This document shows positions 1 through 8,904 of a DNA stretch of 33,098 bases, one piece after another (within the stretch, counting starts at the first letter, position 1; each line of letters begins with the position of its first letter). Source of the stretch: Candidatus Aenigmatarchaeota archaeon (GTDB taxonomy: Archaea; Aenigmatarchaeota; Aenigmatarchaeia; QMZP01). The stretch lies in assembly GCA_017609225.1 (NCBI GenBank), contig JAFCEK010000002.1:1-33098 (forward strand), read 5' to 3'. Below the pieces are notes generated by a model. It was not told where the DNA came from. It worked only from the letters and a program-made list of their open reading frames with translations, and did no database searches. The position numbers and the translations under genes are program-made.

Positions 1-2
1 TT

Positions 3-512
3 GCAGGCTTCAATGGACTGGAAACAGGGCTTGGCCTGATAATATTGAGCACCCTGGGGGTTGTGGCGCTTTTTGTTAACGGAACCATATGGCTTGCTGT
101 TATTGCATTTGCTGCTGCAGCTGCGCTTCTTGGTTTTCTGATATTCAACTGGTGCCCTGCAAGGGTTTTCCCTGGTGATTCCATGACATACAGCATAGGT
201 GCGCTTATTGCAAGCATAGCGATTGTTGGCAATATGGAGAAGATTGGCCTTATACTGTTCATACCATTCATACTGGATGCTATTCTTTCCCTTTGGCCAG
301 AATTTACAGGAAAGGGCAAGGTTGAGGCGTTTGGGAAGCCTAATCCTGACGGGAGTCTGGAGATGCCTTACAAAGGCATAAATGACATGACGCATGTGGC
401 AATGTTTGTGCTGAAAAAAGTAAAGAAAAAGGTTTATGAAGCCAATGTAACAGAATTTCTGCTTCTGTTTGAGCTTTTCTTTGTGCTGGTTGTTTTTGCT
501 TTCTTTGTCTGA
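3..512 (+). CDS. Glycosyltransferase family 4 (MraY/GPT-like) polyprenyl-phosphate GlcNAc-1-phosphate transferase, AglH-like; 5'-truncated by the window edge
   Basis: The frame is open from base 3 (AGFNGLETGLG...), giving the GPT-type xGxNGLE motif. It also has FNWCPARVFPGDS and multiple TM helices. Confidence 0.85.
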   Translation, partial: AGFNGLETGLGLIILSTLGVVALFVNGTIWLAVIAFAAAAALLGFLIFNWCPARVFPGDSMTYSIGALIASIAIVGNMEKIGLILFIPFILDAILSLWPEFTGKGKVEAFGKPNPDGSLEMPYKGINDMTHVAMFVLKKVKKKVYEANVTEFLLLFELFFVLVVFAFFV

Positions 513-513
513 T

Positions 514-969
514 TTATTCGCTTCTCCAGTTTTTGGATACCAGATATAAAATCCCTATTATCAGGGCTATTCCGAGAATCAGTACAAGGTTTTCGGATGT
601 TACAAAGCCATACGGGAGCCAGTCATTTATCAAATCTGTTCCCTGGTTTGCAAGGAATATTATTATAAGGGTTATTATAACCAGCAGCAGTCCTGTGTTT
701 ATGCCACCCTTACCCCCAACCTTCGGGAAGCTCTTCTTAATGAATCCTATCAAAAAAACAACAACAAACAGAACAACTGCATAGGGAAGCACTGCAAAAA
801 TAAATGTCACAAACTCGTACTGGCTTGCTGTAAAGAAAGCCAGAATAAGTGCTATAATCATCTTGGCGCCCTTGTTTTTGAAGGGAGCGCCCATCTCCAG
901 GGCGCCGTATGCTATTGCAAGTACCAAAAAGAACGGAATTGCAAAATCCATGAAATTGTACAGTACCAT
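514..969 (-). CDS. Uncharacterised multi-pass membrane protein (DPANN-type family)
   Basis: 151-aa ORF with about 5 hydrophobic helices. The N-terminal pattern PFFLVLAIAYGAL...NKGAKMIIALILAFF resembles small membrane proteins common in DPANN genomes (from recall). Confidence 0.75.
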   Translation of the reverse strand: MVLYNFMDFAIPFFLVLAIAYGALEMGAPFKNKGAKMIIALILAFFTASQYEFVTFIFAVLPYAVVLFVVVFLIGFIKKSFPKVGGKGGINTGLLLVIITLIIIFLANQGTDLINDWLPYGFVTSENLVLILGIALIIGILYLVSKNWRSE

Positions 970-978
970 GCTAAAACC

Positions 979-1710
979 CTATGGCAATCTGCCGCCAGAT
1001 GCCTTTTTCTCTTCATAATCCATTTTTTCAAGTATTTTTTCCAGTTTCTTAACTTTTTCCTTAAGCCTTCCGCCAACAGGAACTCCGCCTATCATAAGTT
1101 TTTCCTTGTATTCGGATATTATGGCATAAGCCTCTCCTGACATGGCTGCATATGCCCTCCAGGCGCCAGGGTCTTCCTTCACTGCCTTTTGTATGTTTTC
1201 AAGTTCCTGTAATTTTAAATCAACCTTTTTTTCAAGGCTTTTTACTTCACCAAGCAGTTCAGCCTTACCTCTTTGGATAACCTGCTCTACAATGCCTTGT
1301 TTGCCGCTGGATCTCAGGGCAGACATGCTGCCGCCTTCTCCTCCGCCTTTGCCAAAATGTCCTCTTATGAAGTACCAGAATCCCCCAAGGATTATTATTA
1401 TTATGAACCAGATGTCAGAAAGCCAGAGGAATATTGGATACCATCCGTTAATTATTATGAATATATACACAGCAATCGCTATAAGCAGTCTCAGGCCCTG
1501 CGTAAGCTTTGTGCCATGAAGAACAGTGTTGCTCAGTATGTAAATGAACAGCAGGATTATGACTGTTGGAAAGAAGAAAAAATAAAGCAATGGTCCCAGC
1601 GGCTGCAGAACCTGATGGTATGGTGCCTGCACAAAACTCTGGCAGCTCTGCATGGACTGCGATGTAGGGCACAGAAACTGCATGAGCAGGTTCATTATGT
1701 CAATCGCCAT
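979..1710 (-). CDS. Uncharacterised membrane protein, 3 TM helices plus C-terminal coiled coil
   Basis: 243-aa ORF: three hydrophobic segments, a Gly-rich linker (GKGGGEGGS), then a K/E-rich helical tail. It ends 9 bp before the next co-oriented gene. Confidence 0.75.
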   Translation of the reverse strand: MAIDIMNLLMQFLCPTSQSMQSCQSFVQAPYHQVLQPLGPLLYFFFFPTVIILLFIYILSNTVLHGTKLTQGLRLLIAIAVYIFIIINGWYPIFLWLSDIWFIIIIILGGFWYFIRGHFGKGGGEGGSMSALRSSGKQGIVEQVIQRGKAELLGEVKSLEKKVDLKLQELENIQKAVKEDPGAWRAYAAMSGEAYAIISEYKEKLMIGGVPVGGRLKEKVKKLEKILEKMDYEEKKASGGRLP

Positions 1711-1738
1711 GTTTAAAATATGTATCCAAATGCTTAAA

Positions 1739-1754
1739 TTGGTTCATGAACCAA
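1739..1754. promoter_or_regulatory. Perfect 16-bp palindrome TTGGTTCATGAACCAA in a divergent promoter region; candidate operator
   Basis: The sequence equals its own reverse complement. It abuts a minus-strand TATA-like TTTAAG about 25 bp upstream of the ATG at 1710. Confidence 0.45.
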
Positions 1755-1811
1755 CTGGCTGCAGGAGATAATATTATAACAGGTTACCAATTATAATACG
1801 GGTAGTATAAA

Positions 1812-3068
1812 ATGCTGCTGGAAATTGCTATTCTGGTTATACTTATAATTTTGTCGGCTTTTTTCTCTGGAACAGAGATAGCATTGTTTTCGCTGAGTGA
1901 TGTAAAGGTTAAGAAGCTCATAAAGGCAAGAAAAAAAGGAGCCAAAACACTGAAGAAGCTGAAATCAAGGCCGCACAGACTGCTTGTGACCATACTGATA
2001 GGAAACAATATAGTTAATATAGGGGCGGCCTCTCTTGCAACAGTGGTTGCCACCAATACATTCGGCTCTTCAGGCATGGGAATAGCAACAGGTATAATGA
2101 CATTCCTTATACTTGTTTTTGGGGAGATTGCACCAAAATCGTTTTTTCATCAAAAGGCTGAAAGCATGTCGCTGCTTGTTGCAAAGCCCATATACATTCT
2201 CTCATATGTTCTTTATCCCATTATAGTGTTTCTTGATCTGATAAGCAGGGGAATAATGAGAATTGCAGGGGTGAAAAGGATCAAGGATGAGATAACAGAA
2301 GAGGAGGTAATGGCTGCATTGTCCCTTGGTGCCGAGGCAGGGGTAATAGAAAGGGATGAAGAGGAAATGATTGAGAATATAATAGATTTTGGTGACAACA
2401 GAGTCAGGGATGTTATGACTCCCATAAAGAAAACAGTAACCATGAGCTCTGACAAGAAGCTGATGCATGTGATAACAAAGATACTTGAAACCAGGTATTC
2501 AAGGATTCCCGTATACAGAAAAAACATCAACAACATCATAGGGATAGTGAATCTGAGAAGCATAATGAAGCATGTAAAAAGAAAGGATTTTGATGTGAGC
2601 GTGGACAGGCTTGTATATCCTGTTATCTTTGTAAAAGAGGATGATATGCTTGATGATGTGCTTGATTTGCTGAAGGAAAACGCAACCCATATGGCAATAG
2701 TGCTTGACAAAAAAAGGAAGGTAAAAGGTGTTGTGACTATGGAGGACCTGCTGGAGGAAATAGTAGGGGAAATATATGATGAGTCTGATATCAAGAGGGT
2801 AAAGATACACTTCATAGACAGAAAAACAGCAATAGTTAACGGAAACACGCTGATAAAAGAGCTGCAGGAGGAGATAGGAATCCCTTTAAAGGGCAGGGGA
2901 TTCAGTATCTCTGATGTTGTTTCTGCAAGGTTTAATCAAAAGCCAAAGAAAGGGCAGAAAATAGAGCTGAAAAACTTTGTTCTGACTGTTCTTTCTGTTA
3001 GTAAAAACAATCCTGCAAAAATAAACAGAATAAAAATAGTAAAGAAGAGGGGAAAAATAAAGAAATAG
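1812..3068 (+). CDS. CorB/CNNM (hemolysin/TlyC-like) Mg2+ transporter: DUF21 + CBS pair + CorC_HlyC domain
   Basis: Motifs LSAFFSGTEIALFS, TILIGNNIVNI, LVFGEIAPK, VRDVMTP, YSRIPVY and GVVTMEDLLEEIVGEIYDE. Confidence 0.93.
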   Translation: MLLEIAILVILIILSAFFSGTEIALFSLSDVKVKKLIKARKKGAKTLKKLKSRPHRLLVTILIGNNIVNIGAASLATVVATNTFGSSGMGIATGIMTFLILVFGEIAPKSFFHQKAESMSLLVAKPIYILSYVLYPIIVFLDLISRGIMRIAGVKRIKDEITEEEVMAALSLGAEAGVIERDEEEMIENIIDFGDNRVRDVMTPIKKTVTMSSDKKLMHVITKILETRYSRIPVYRKNINNIIGIVNLRSIMKHVKRKDFDVSVDRLVYPVIFVKEDDMLDDVLDLLKENATHMAIVLDKKRKVKGVVTMEDLLEEIVGEIYDESDIKRVKIHFIDRKTAIVNGNTLIKELQEEIGIPLKGRGFSISDVVSARFNQKPKKGQKIELKNFVLTVLSVSKNNPAKINRIKIVKKRGKIKK

Positions 3069-3117
3069 TTTCTGCTTTTTTGAAGCATTGAAAATTTATA
3101 ATTCAGAACATGCAAAG

Positions 3118-3131
3118 AAAAGTATTTAAAT
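3118..3131 (+). promoter_or_regulatory. BRE/TATA-like promoter for the surface glycoprotein gene (probably leaderless)
   Basis: GAAAAGTATTTAAA lies about 25 bp upstream of the ATG at 3152. Confidence 0.45.
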
Positions 3132-3151
3132 TAAAAATACAAGATGATTTT

Positions 3152-6100
3152 ATGTTTGGAAGGGGGCTTTCCGGATTTGCTGGATTTGGGTTTGTATCCA
3201 TATCTTTCATGCTGATTCTGTTTCTCTGTTTTTTAGCATTTCCTGTTTTCAGCGCTTACAGTGCATATGGAAATTTCAGTGTCCAGAATGAAACCGTGTA
3301 TGTGAACTGGTCAAGCGGCTTTGTGAATGTAACATCTTATACAGATTACATTAACATAAGTATAATAAATACATCAACAGGAGTTTTTTCACTCTATTAT
3401 CAGAATGACAGCAGTCTTTACTGGAATGGTTCATATTCGAATCTGACGGAAACAACATATTCATACTGTTTTTCTGCTGTTGGTTTTCCTGGCATGAAGT
3501 TTATTGTGCAAAACGGCTCTATGGCATACAGCAATGTTAACTTTAATGTAAGCAATGGAACAAGCACCAACTTCACAATAACAGCACATATGCTGTGCCC
3601 CCCCGGAAGGTATTCAGGGAATGTCACATTGAACAACACAAATCATACATATGCAAATGATTCTGTGAACATCATGGTTACATTTGATATACCAATAAGC
3701 AGGCATAATGTTCTGAACGAAACAACATATACAGGATGGCTGAAAGGCAAAATTCCATTATACAATGAAACCGGGACGAATGAAACATACCACAAATATT
3801 ACATGAATACAAGCGAGCTGGAGAATGTGTCAGGCTTCACTGCAACAATGACAGGGTATACAGATGACCTGGATTTGTTTTTATTTGATGAGAACGGCGT
3901 ACTTATAAACCAGAGCATAAACAAAAGCTCTCTGAATGAGGAAATATCTTTTGCAAGGTTCCCTTCCCCAAATTCCGGTGTTATGTGGGAGTTCAGGGTT
4001 TATGGTAATGTCACATCTTCTGCGCTTCAAAACTATAATATATCCTTATATTTCACCACGCTTGATGCCCTGAACAGCTCCAATGAAAGCCAGAGAATCA
4101 ATTCACTGAATTTTGGAGCATTAATTTCAAATCAGAGCAATTCAAGTGAAGTGTTCAGGCTTGCGAACATGGATGACCAGAACCTGACAAACGTGAATGA
4201 AACAAAGGAGCTTTATCATATAAAAATCTGGAACAATGGCTCAACCGGATACAATGAAACGAGAAACTTTACTGATTTCCTTGTTGTGAATTTCACTGAA
4301 AGAATTGAGGTCAGCATAGAATGGGGTCCTGAATCAGGAAAAAACATAACCGACTGGGACCTTTATCTCTATGACAACTCAGGCAATCTTATAAACAGCT
4401 CAACATCAAAGTACATAAATGCAAACATCACAAACGGGACAAGAACAGAATATATAACATACAGCGGTCCGTTTAACTCAAGCAATGATGGCTTCTGGAA
4501 GATATATGTTGTAAATATGACATCTGCAACAGGTGCTGGCCATAGTTTATACAAGGTGAGGGCAAAGATGTGGCTTAATGCATCTGCATGGATAAACACA
4601 AACTTTACTGCAAACACATCGTTTGCCGGGAATGCCACAGGAGGGAATTCAAGCTATGATGTGAATGTAACAATAACAGTGCCTTCAAGAAATATTATAA
4701 ACGGCAGCTACAGGGGGTTCCTTATATACAGCAATGGAAGCGGATGGAAATTTATGCTGCCTCTTAAATTTGATGTTTATGCAGGCATGCTTATAATGAA
4801 CAATTCTATTAGCAATGCGACATATGCTTTCAGGGACAACATAGGATTCAACAAAACCATAAACATAAGCATACCTTATGAAAATATCGGCGGCCTGACT
4901 ATATATTATAATGAATCCAGTTCATATTCTCTTGTGAACACTAACAATGCATCTGCATACATAAATTTTAGCGTGGAGCTGCCTGGAGGAAGCGACAGGG
5001 CTATAAACCCGGGAGAAAACAGCACAATAAACATAACAATCTATCTTGATGTAGATAAAACAGGGAACCAGGAAGGGGTATATACAGGGAATATAACCTT
5101 TTTCACAAACACAACAAATGAAACGAAAAGCTCTTATCCTTACAGTGTATTTACGCAAACAATAACCCTGAACCTTTCACGCTATCTTGATGTTTCACTG
5201 GACAGCATAACACCAACCAACATAAACGGAACAGCGCAGCCTGTTACATTTACATTATCCGTAAGGCTTGCAAACGGCACAGTGATATCAAAGAATAATA
5301 TAATGAACTATCAGAACTTCACATCTGTTTCTGTAAGGGAAACGAATGTTTCATCATATACCCAGTCATTCAGCTCTATAGAATCTGCTGTTGGCTCTTC
5401 TGCATGCGGCGTAAGCACATGCAGCATAAATGCAACATCATACTCGGGCCTTAAGGGGGGAAATTTCAATGTAACTGTTTCTGTGAGCTGGAACACATCC
5501 ATGTACAGCGATGGGTATGGTGCACAGGAGCTTACAGGCAGGGTAACAAACGGCAGCCTTTATGTCCAGGAGCTTGGCTTGTATATAATAGCACTGAACA
5601 GCACAAGCATTGGTGTAATAAACGAGGGAAGCTACAAGTACTTTTATGTTGGTTTGATAAATTATGGGAACAGGTCGGCTGCCATAACAGCAGACCAGAT
5701 ATCATTCAACAAGGGCAGCTGCCAGGTAACGCTTGCCACATCCAGCAGCTACAGCAACTGCTCTGTTTCTGCTTTTAACACATCAACATACAATTATACT
5801 TTGGCTGGTCTTGCTACACAGCAATGTTATTTTTACTGGAGGATTACAGGGAATTCTGTAAGCTCTGATTCCTCGTGTTCAGATGCCAGCATACAGGTTA
5901 ACACAGACAATGTATACAACAGCATGACAGGGATATCTCTTACTGTAAATAATACAGGAACAGGCTCATCCTCCAGCAGTTCAAATCCTTCGGAAACTGT
6001 CAACAGGTCACTGTCAATACTTGCATATCCTTCGCATATTTCAATAAAGCTTAATGAAACAAACACATCAGCAATAACAGTAAGCAATACAGGCAATGTT

Positions 6101-7084
6101 TCCATTACAGCCCAGCTCAGCGTTATATTTACAGAACTGCAGAATGCAAGTGTATACATAACTCCAAGCAACTGCAGCCTGAGTTCAACAGGCACAAGCT
6201 GCATATTTACAGTAAAAATAAATGTTTCAAACACAACCCTGCTGGGCAACTACAGCGGGATTTTCAAGGCTGTTTCCACTACACACTCAAGTGTATACAG
6301 TACAAAGGATTTTGTGCTTTCTGTTCTTCCAACACCTGAAAGAGAAGAGGAGATAAATTATTCATATACCGAATACTTTAATGACTTTCTGAATCTGAGT
6401 TCGGTGTTTGAAGGGATAAAAGCATCCGGCCTTGTTTCTGAAGATAATATAAGCAAGGTTGAACTGCTTCTGAACCAGACAAACGAAACAATAAACCAGA
6501 TGAAAGCATATATATCAGCAGGTGACTTTGTATCAGCTGAGGGGTTGCTGGAAGACCTTAAACTAAAACTTGACAGGATAAGAACAGAAATCCTGCTTCT
6601 TTCAGAGGAGGAACAGGTAAAGATGGAGGCAGCTGCAAGCGGAATCTGGATATGGGTTGTGATAGTTATTGTGATTATAGGTGCAGCTGGTCTGTTAATT
6701 TATATGTTTCTGCCTCCTGAAGGCTACAAGCATGGGCGTGGGTTTATTCCAAAAAAAGAGCGCGACATGCGAAGCAGGATAAAGGAACTGCTGAAAAAAT
6801 TCATATCAAAATTCAGGGGGAGTGGGGAAGGCATAAAATCCGTTAGAAAGGCCTTTAAGAGAAAATCCGGTTATAAATTCAAACCGCACAGATACTCCAA
6901 TGGATATGAAAGGGTGGGCGGCTACAAATATTCATATGGATCTGCGATTAACAATATCAGAATGCCTGAACTTCCAAGGATGAGGTCAGGATTTCTTAAA
7001 AAACTGGGTTCAATAAGGAAAATAGCAAGAAGGAGGCAAAGGGAGCAGAGATTTATTTATGAGTTTGTGCCTGTTTCCCAGTAA
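3152..7084 (+). CDS. Large secreted, C-terminally anchored cell-surface glycoprotein with two PPC-like domains
   Basis: Hydrophobic signal peptide, very dense N-x-S/T sequons, two DLxLYDxxG-type motifs (DDLDLFLFDENG, DWDLYLYDNSG), Ig-like strands, Ser-rich linker, coiled coil, TM helix at ~6644-6712 and a basic tail. The start was moved from 3110 to 3152 on TATA spacing. Confidence 0.8.
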   Translation: MFGRGLSGFAGFGFVSISFMLILFLCFLAFPVFSAYSAYGNFSVQNETVYVNWSSGFVNVTSYTDYINISIINTSTGVFSLYYQNDSSLYWNGSYSNLTETTYSYCFSAVGFPGMKFIVQNGSMAYSNVNFNVSNGTSTNFTITAHMLCPPGRYSGNVTLNNTNHTYANDSVNIMVTFDIPISRHNVLNETTYTGWLKGKIPLYNETGTNETYHKYYMNTSELENVSGFTATMTGYTDDLDLFLFDENGVLINQSINKSSLNEEISFARFPSPNSGVMWEFRVYGNVTSSALQNYNISLYFTTLDALNSSNESQRINSLNFGALISNQSNSSEVFRLANMDDQNLTNVNETKELYHIKIWNNGSTGYNETRNFTDFLVVNFTERIEVSIEWGPESGKNITDWDLYLYDNSGNLINSSTSKYINANITNGTRTEYITYSGPFNSSNDGFWKIYVVNMTSATGAGHSLYKVRAKMWLNASAWINTNFTANTSFAGNATGGNSSYDVNVTITVPSRNIINGSYRGFLIYSNGSGWKFMLPLKFDVYAGMLIMNNSISNATYAFRDNIGFNKTINISIPYENIGGLTIYYNESSSYSLVNTNNASAYINFSVELPGGSDRAINPGENSTINITIYLDVDKTGNQEGVYTGNITFFTNTTNETKSSYPYSVFTQTITLNLSRYLDVSLDSITPTNINGTAQPVTFTLSVRLANGTVISKNNIMNYQNFTSVSVRETNVSSYTQSFSSIESAVGSSACGVSTCSINATSYSGLKGGNFNVTVSVSWNTSMYSDGYGAQELTGRVTNGSLYVQELGLYIIALNSTSIGVINEGSYKYFYVGLINYGNRSAAITADQISFNKGSCQVTLATSSSYSNCSVSAFNTSTYNYTLAGLATQQCYFYWRITGNSVSSDSSCSDASIQVNTDNVYNSMTGISLTVNNTGTGSSSSSSNPSETVNRSLSILAYPSHISIKLNETNTSAITVSNTGNVSITAQLSVIFTELQNASVYITPSNCSLSSTGTSCIFTVKINVSNTTLLGNYSGIFKAVSTTHSSVYSTKDFVLSVLPTPEREEEINYSYTEYFNDFLNLSSVFEGIKASGLVSEDNISKVELLLNQTNETINQMKAYISAGDFVSAEGLLEDLKLKLDRIRTEILLLSEEEQVKMEAAASGIWIWVVIVIVIIGAAGLLIYMFLPPEGYKHGRGFIPKKERDMRSRIKELLKKFISKFRGSGEGIKSVRKAFKRKSGYKFKPHRYSNGYERVGGYKYSYGSAINNIRMPELPRMRSGFLKKLGSIRKIARRRQREQRFIYEFVPVSQ

Positions 7085-7113
7085 ATAGCTTTTGGGTTTT
7101 TAGCTGAGTAAAA

Positions 7114-8904
7114 TTATTCCCTGCCTGTAAGTGTTTCCACTATTTTTGCATAGGCAGGCCTTGTTATCAGTATTCCTATCAGCACACCCACAACAGTGGT
7201 TATGGCAAAGCCCCTTACCAGTCCAATACCAAGAAACATCAGAGGCATCATGGCTGCTATGGTTGTTGCTGCAGCTCCGAATATGATGAAGAATGCCATT
7301 TTAATTTTATCCTTTATTGTATATGCCCGTTTTTCCTCCTTGCCTGACATGGTTTCATCCGCAATTATTATCTGATGGTCAACACTTGTTCCCAGGGCTG
7401 CTATCATCCCGCCTATGGCCGGAAGGTCTATGGTCCATGACATTAAACCAAGAAGTGGTATAAGTATTGCGCCAACCCATGCATATATGTCTATTTCATG
7501 CTTCTTCCACCATGCAGTTGATATAAGAAGGAAATTTAAAACAAGTATTACTGCCCATATCATTGAATCTCCTGTTGATGCAACTCCAAGTATTATAATA
7601 ACCTCTGACATTCCTATAAGCACAAGGGGTATGGAAATCTTCAGGCTTCTGTATCTGACAAAAACAATGATTATTACAATTACTGCTGCAATGCCTGCTG
7701 CACAAAAAGCGGAATTAAAGAAGCCCTCACCAAGCCTTGGTGAAATAACATCAACAGAAACTGTTTCAATCTTGACGGGAAGCTCCCCTGACCTCAGTAT
7801 GGTCTGAAGTCTCAGTTTTTCCTCCACAGCATCCTCTTTTTGCTGCCTTGTTCCTGTAATCTGTGGTGTCTGGTAAACCCTGCCTCCCAAATCTGCTCCA
7901 ATCCTCAGGTCGGAAACAAGCTTATCATCAAGGTATAAATATATTTTTGAGTCAAGGTATTCCTCGCCTGTCTGAATGTCAACATATCTTGGGATGCCTG
8001 CTGTTACATCAGCAAATCTCTCTGCACCTTCAAGCGACACCGATATAACAAAATAGAACTGATACACATTCCCGAGCGGTCTTATGCCTGACCTTTGGGG
8101 GTCTGAATAGACGATCTCTATGTCTTTTCCCGTGTAAACCGTTGCCAGAAGTATTATTTTGTTTCCTGTTTTGTTCGCATACTGGAATTCCATGCCTCTG
8201 AAATTGAATGTCTGGTTCAGATAAAGAACTGTGTTGTTGATTTCAATGCTGTTGTTATATACAATCACAGGATAGCTGCTTTCGCCCAGAACCAGCGTTC
8301 CTCTGCTGTCAGATATCTCTATGGGCTTCTCAACCTTTGCCTCAAATCTTCCCTGTTTTGACAGCAGGTTTTCAATCACCTCTCCGCCTATGCCTGCTGC
8401 CTCTATCTGCACATAATAATTTTCTCCGGATTTTATGCTGTAAAACCCTATCTCTCTCAGGCCGTAAAGATTTGCCCTTGTCTGAAGCGTTGATATTATC
8501 TGGTCTATTGTATCAGCTGTGTCATTTTCCTTTGGCTTGAGTATTATCCTTGTTCCTCCGCGCAGGTCAAGGCCAAGGTCCAGGTTTGTTCTTTCAATAT
8601 CTGTTGCATCTATCCCAAGGCTGTTATTCACATCAAAAATGTATTTTTTTCCGTTTGCTGTAAGGGAAACCTTTCCTGTTAGGTTTTCTGTTTTTAAGGC
8701 CCATTCATCATAGTTTTTTATTTTTTGTCCGTTCAGGGCTGTTATTATCATGCCCTGCTCCAGTTCGCCAAACGCCGGCGAGTTTTCTGAAACATAAACT
8801 ATTTCAACGCCGTTTCTTCCGTATGGATATGCCTTCATGCCTATTGCAAGCACTGCACCAATCACCATTATTACCAGAAGCCATACACGCCAGTACTTAA
8901 GCAT
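7114..8904 (-). CDS. secD: Protein translocase subunit SecD (archaeal), with a PDZ-like insertion
   Basis: LGLDLRGGTRI, ILRSGELPV, ISPRLGE, GTSVDHQIII and RGFAITT motifs; it overlaps the 3' end of secF. Confidence 0.93.
   Translation of the reverse strand: MLKYWRVWLLVIMVIGAVLAIGMKAYPYGRNGVEIVYVSENSPAFGELEQGMIITALNGQKIKNYDEWALKTENLTGKVSLTANGKKYIFDVNNSLGIDATDIERTNLDLGLDLRGGTRIILKPKENDTADTIDQIISTLQTRANLYGLREIGFYSIKSGENYYVQIEAAGIGGEVIENLLSKQGRFEAKVEKPIEISDSRGTLVLGESSYPVIVYNNSIEINNTVLYLNQTFNFRGMEFQYANKTGNKIILLATVYTGKDIEIVYSDPQRSGIRPLGNVYQFYFVISVSLEGAERFADVTAGIPRYVDIQTGEEYLDSKIYLYLDDKLVSDLRIGADLGGRVYQTPQITGTRQQKEDAVEEKLRLQTILRSGELPVKIETVSVDVISPRLGEGFFNSAFCAAGIAAVIVIIIVFVRYRSLKISIPLVLIGMSEVIIILGVASTGDSMIWAVILVLNFLLISTAWWKKHEIDIYAWVGAILIPLLGLMSWTIDLPAIGGMIAALGTSVDHQIIIADETMSGKEEKRAYTIKDKIKMAFFIIFGAAATTIAAMMPLMFLGIGLVRGFAITTVVGVLIGILITRPAYAKIVETLTGRE

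Noticed and set aside
1812-3068. Hemolysin/toxin interpretation
   Set aside because: The DUF21-CBS-CorC architecture is the CorB/CNNM Mg2+ transporter family; 'hemolysin' is a legacy label.
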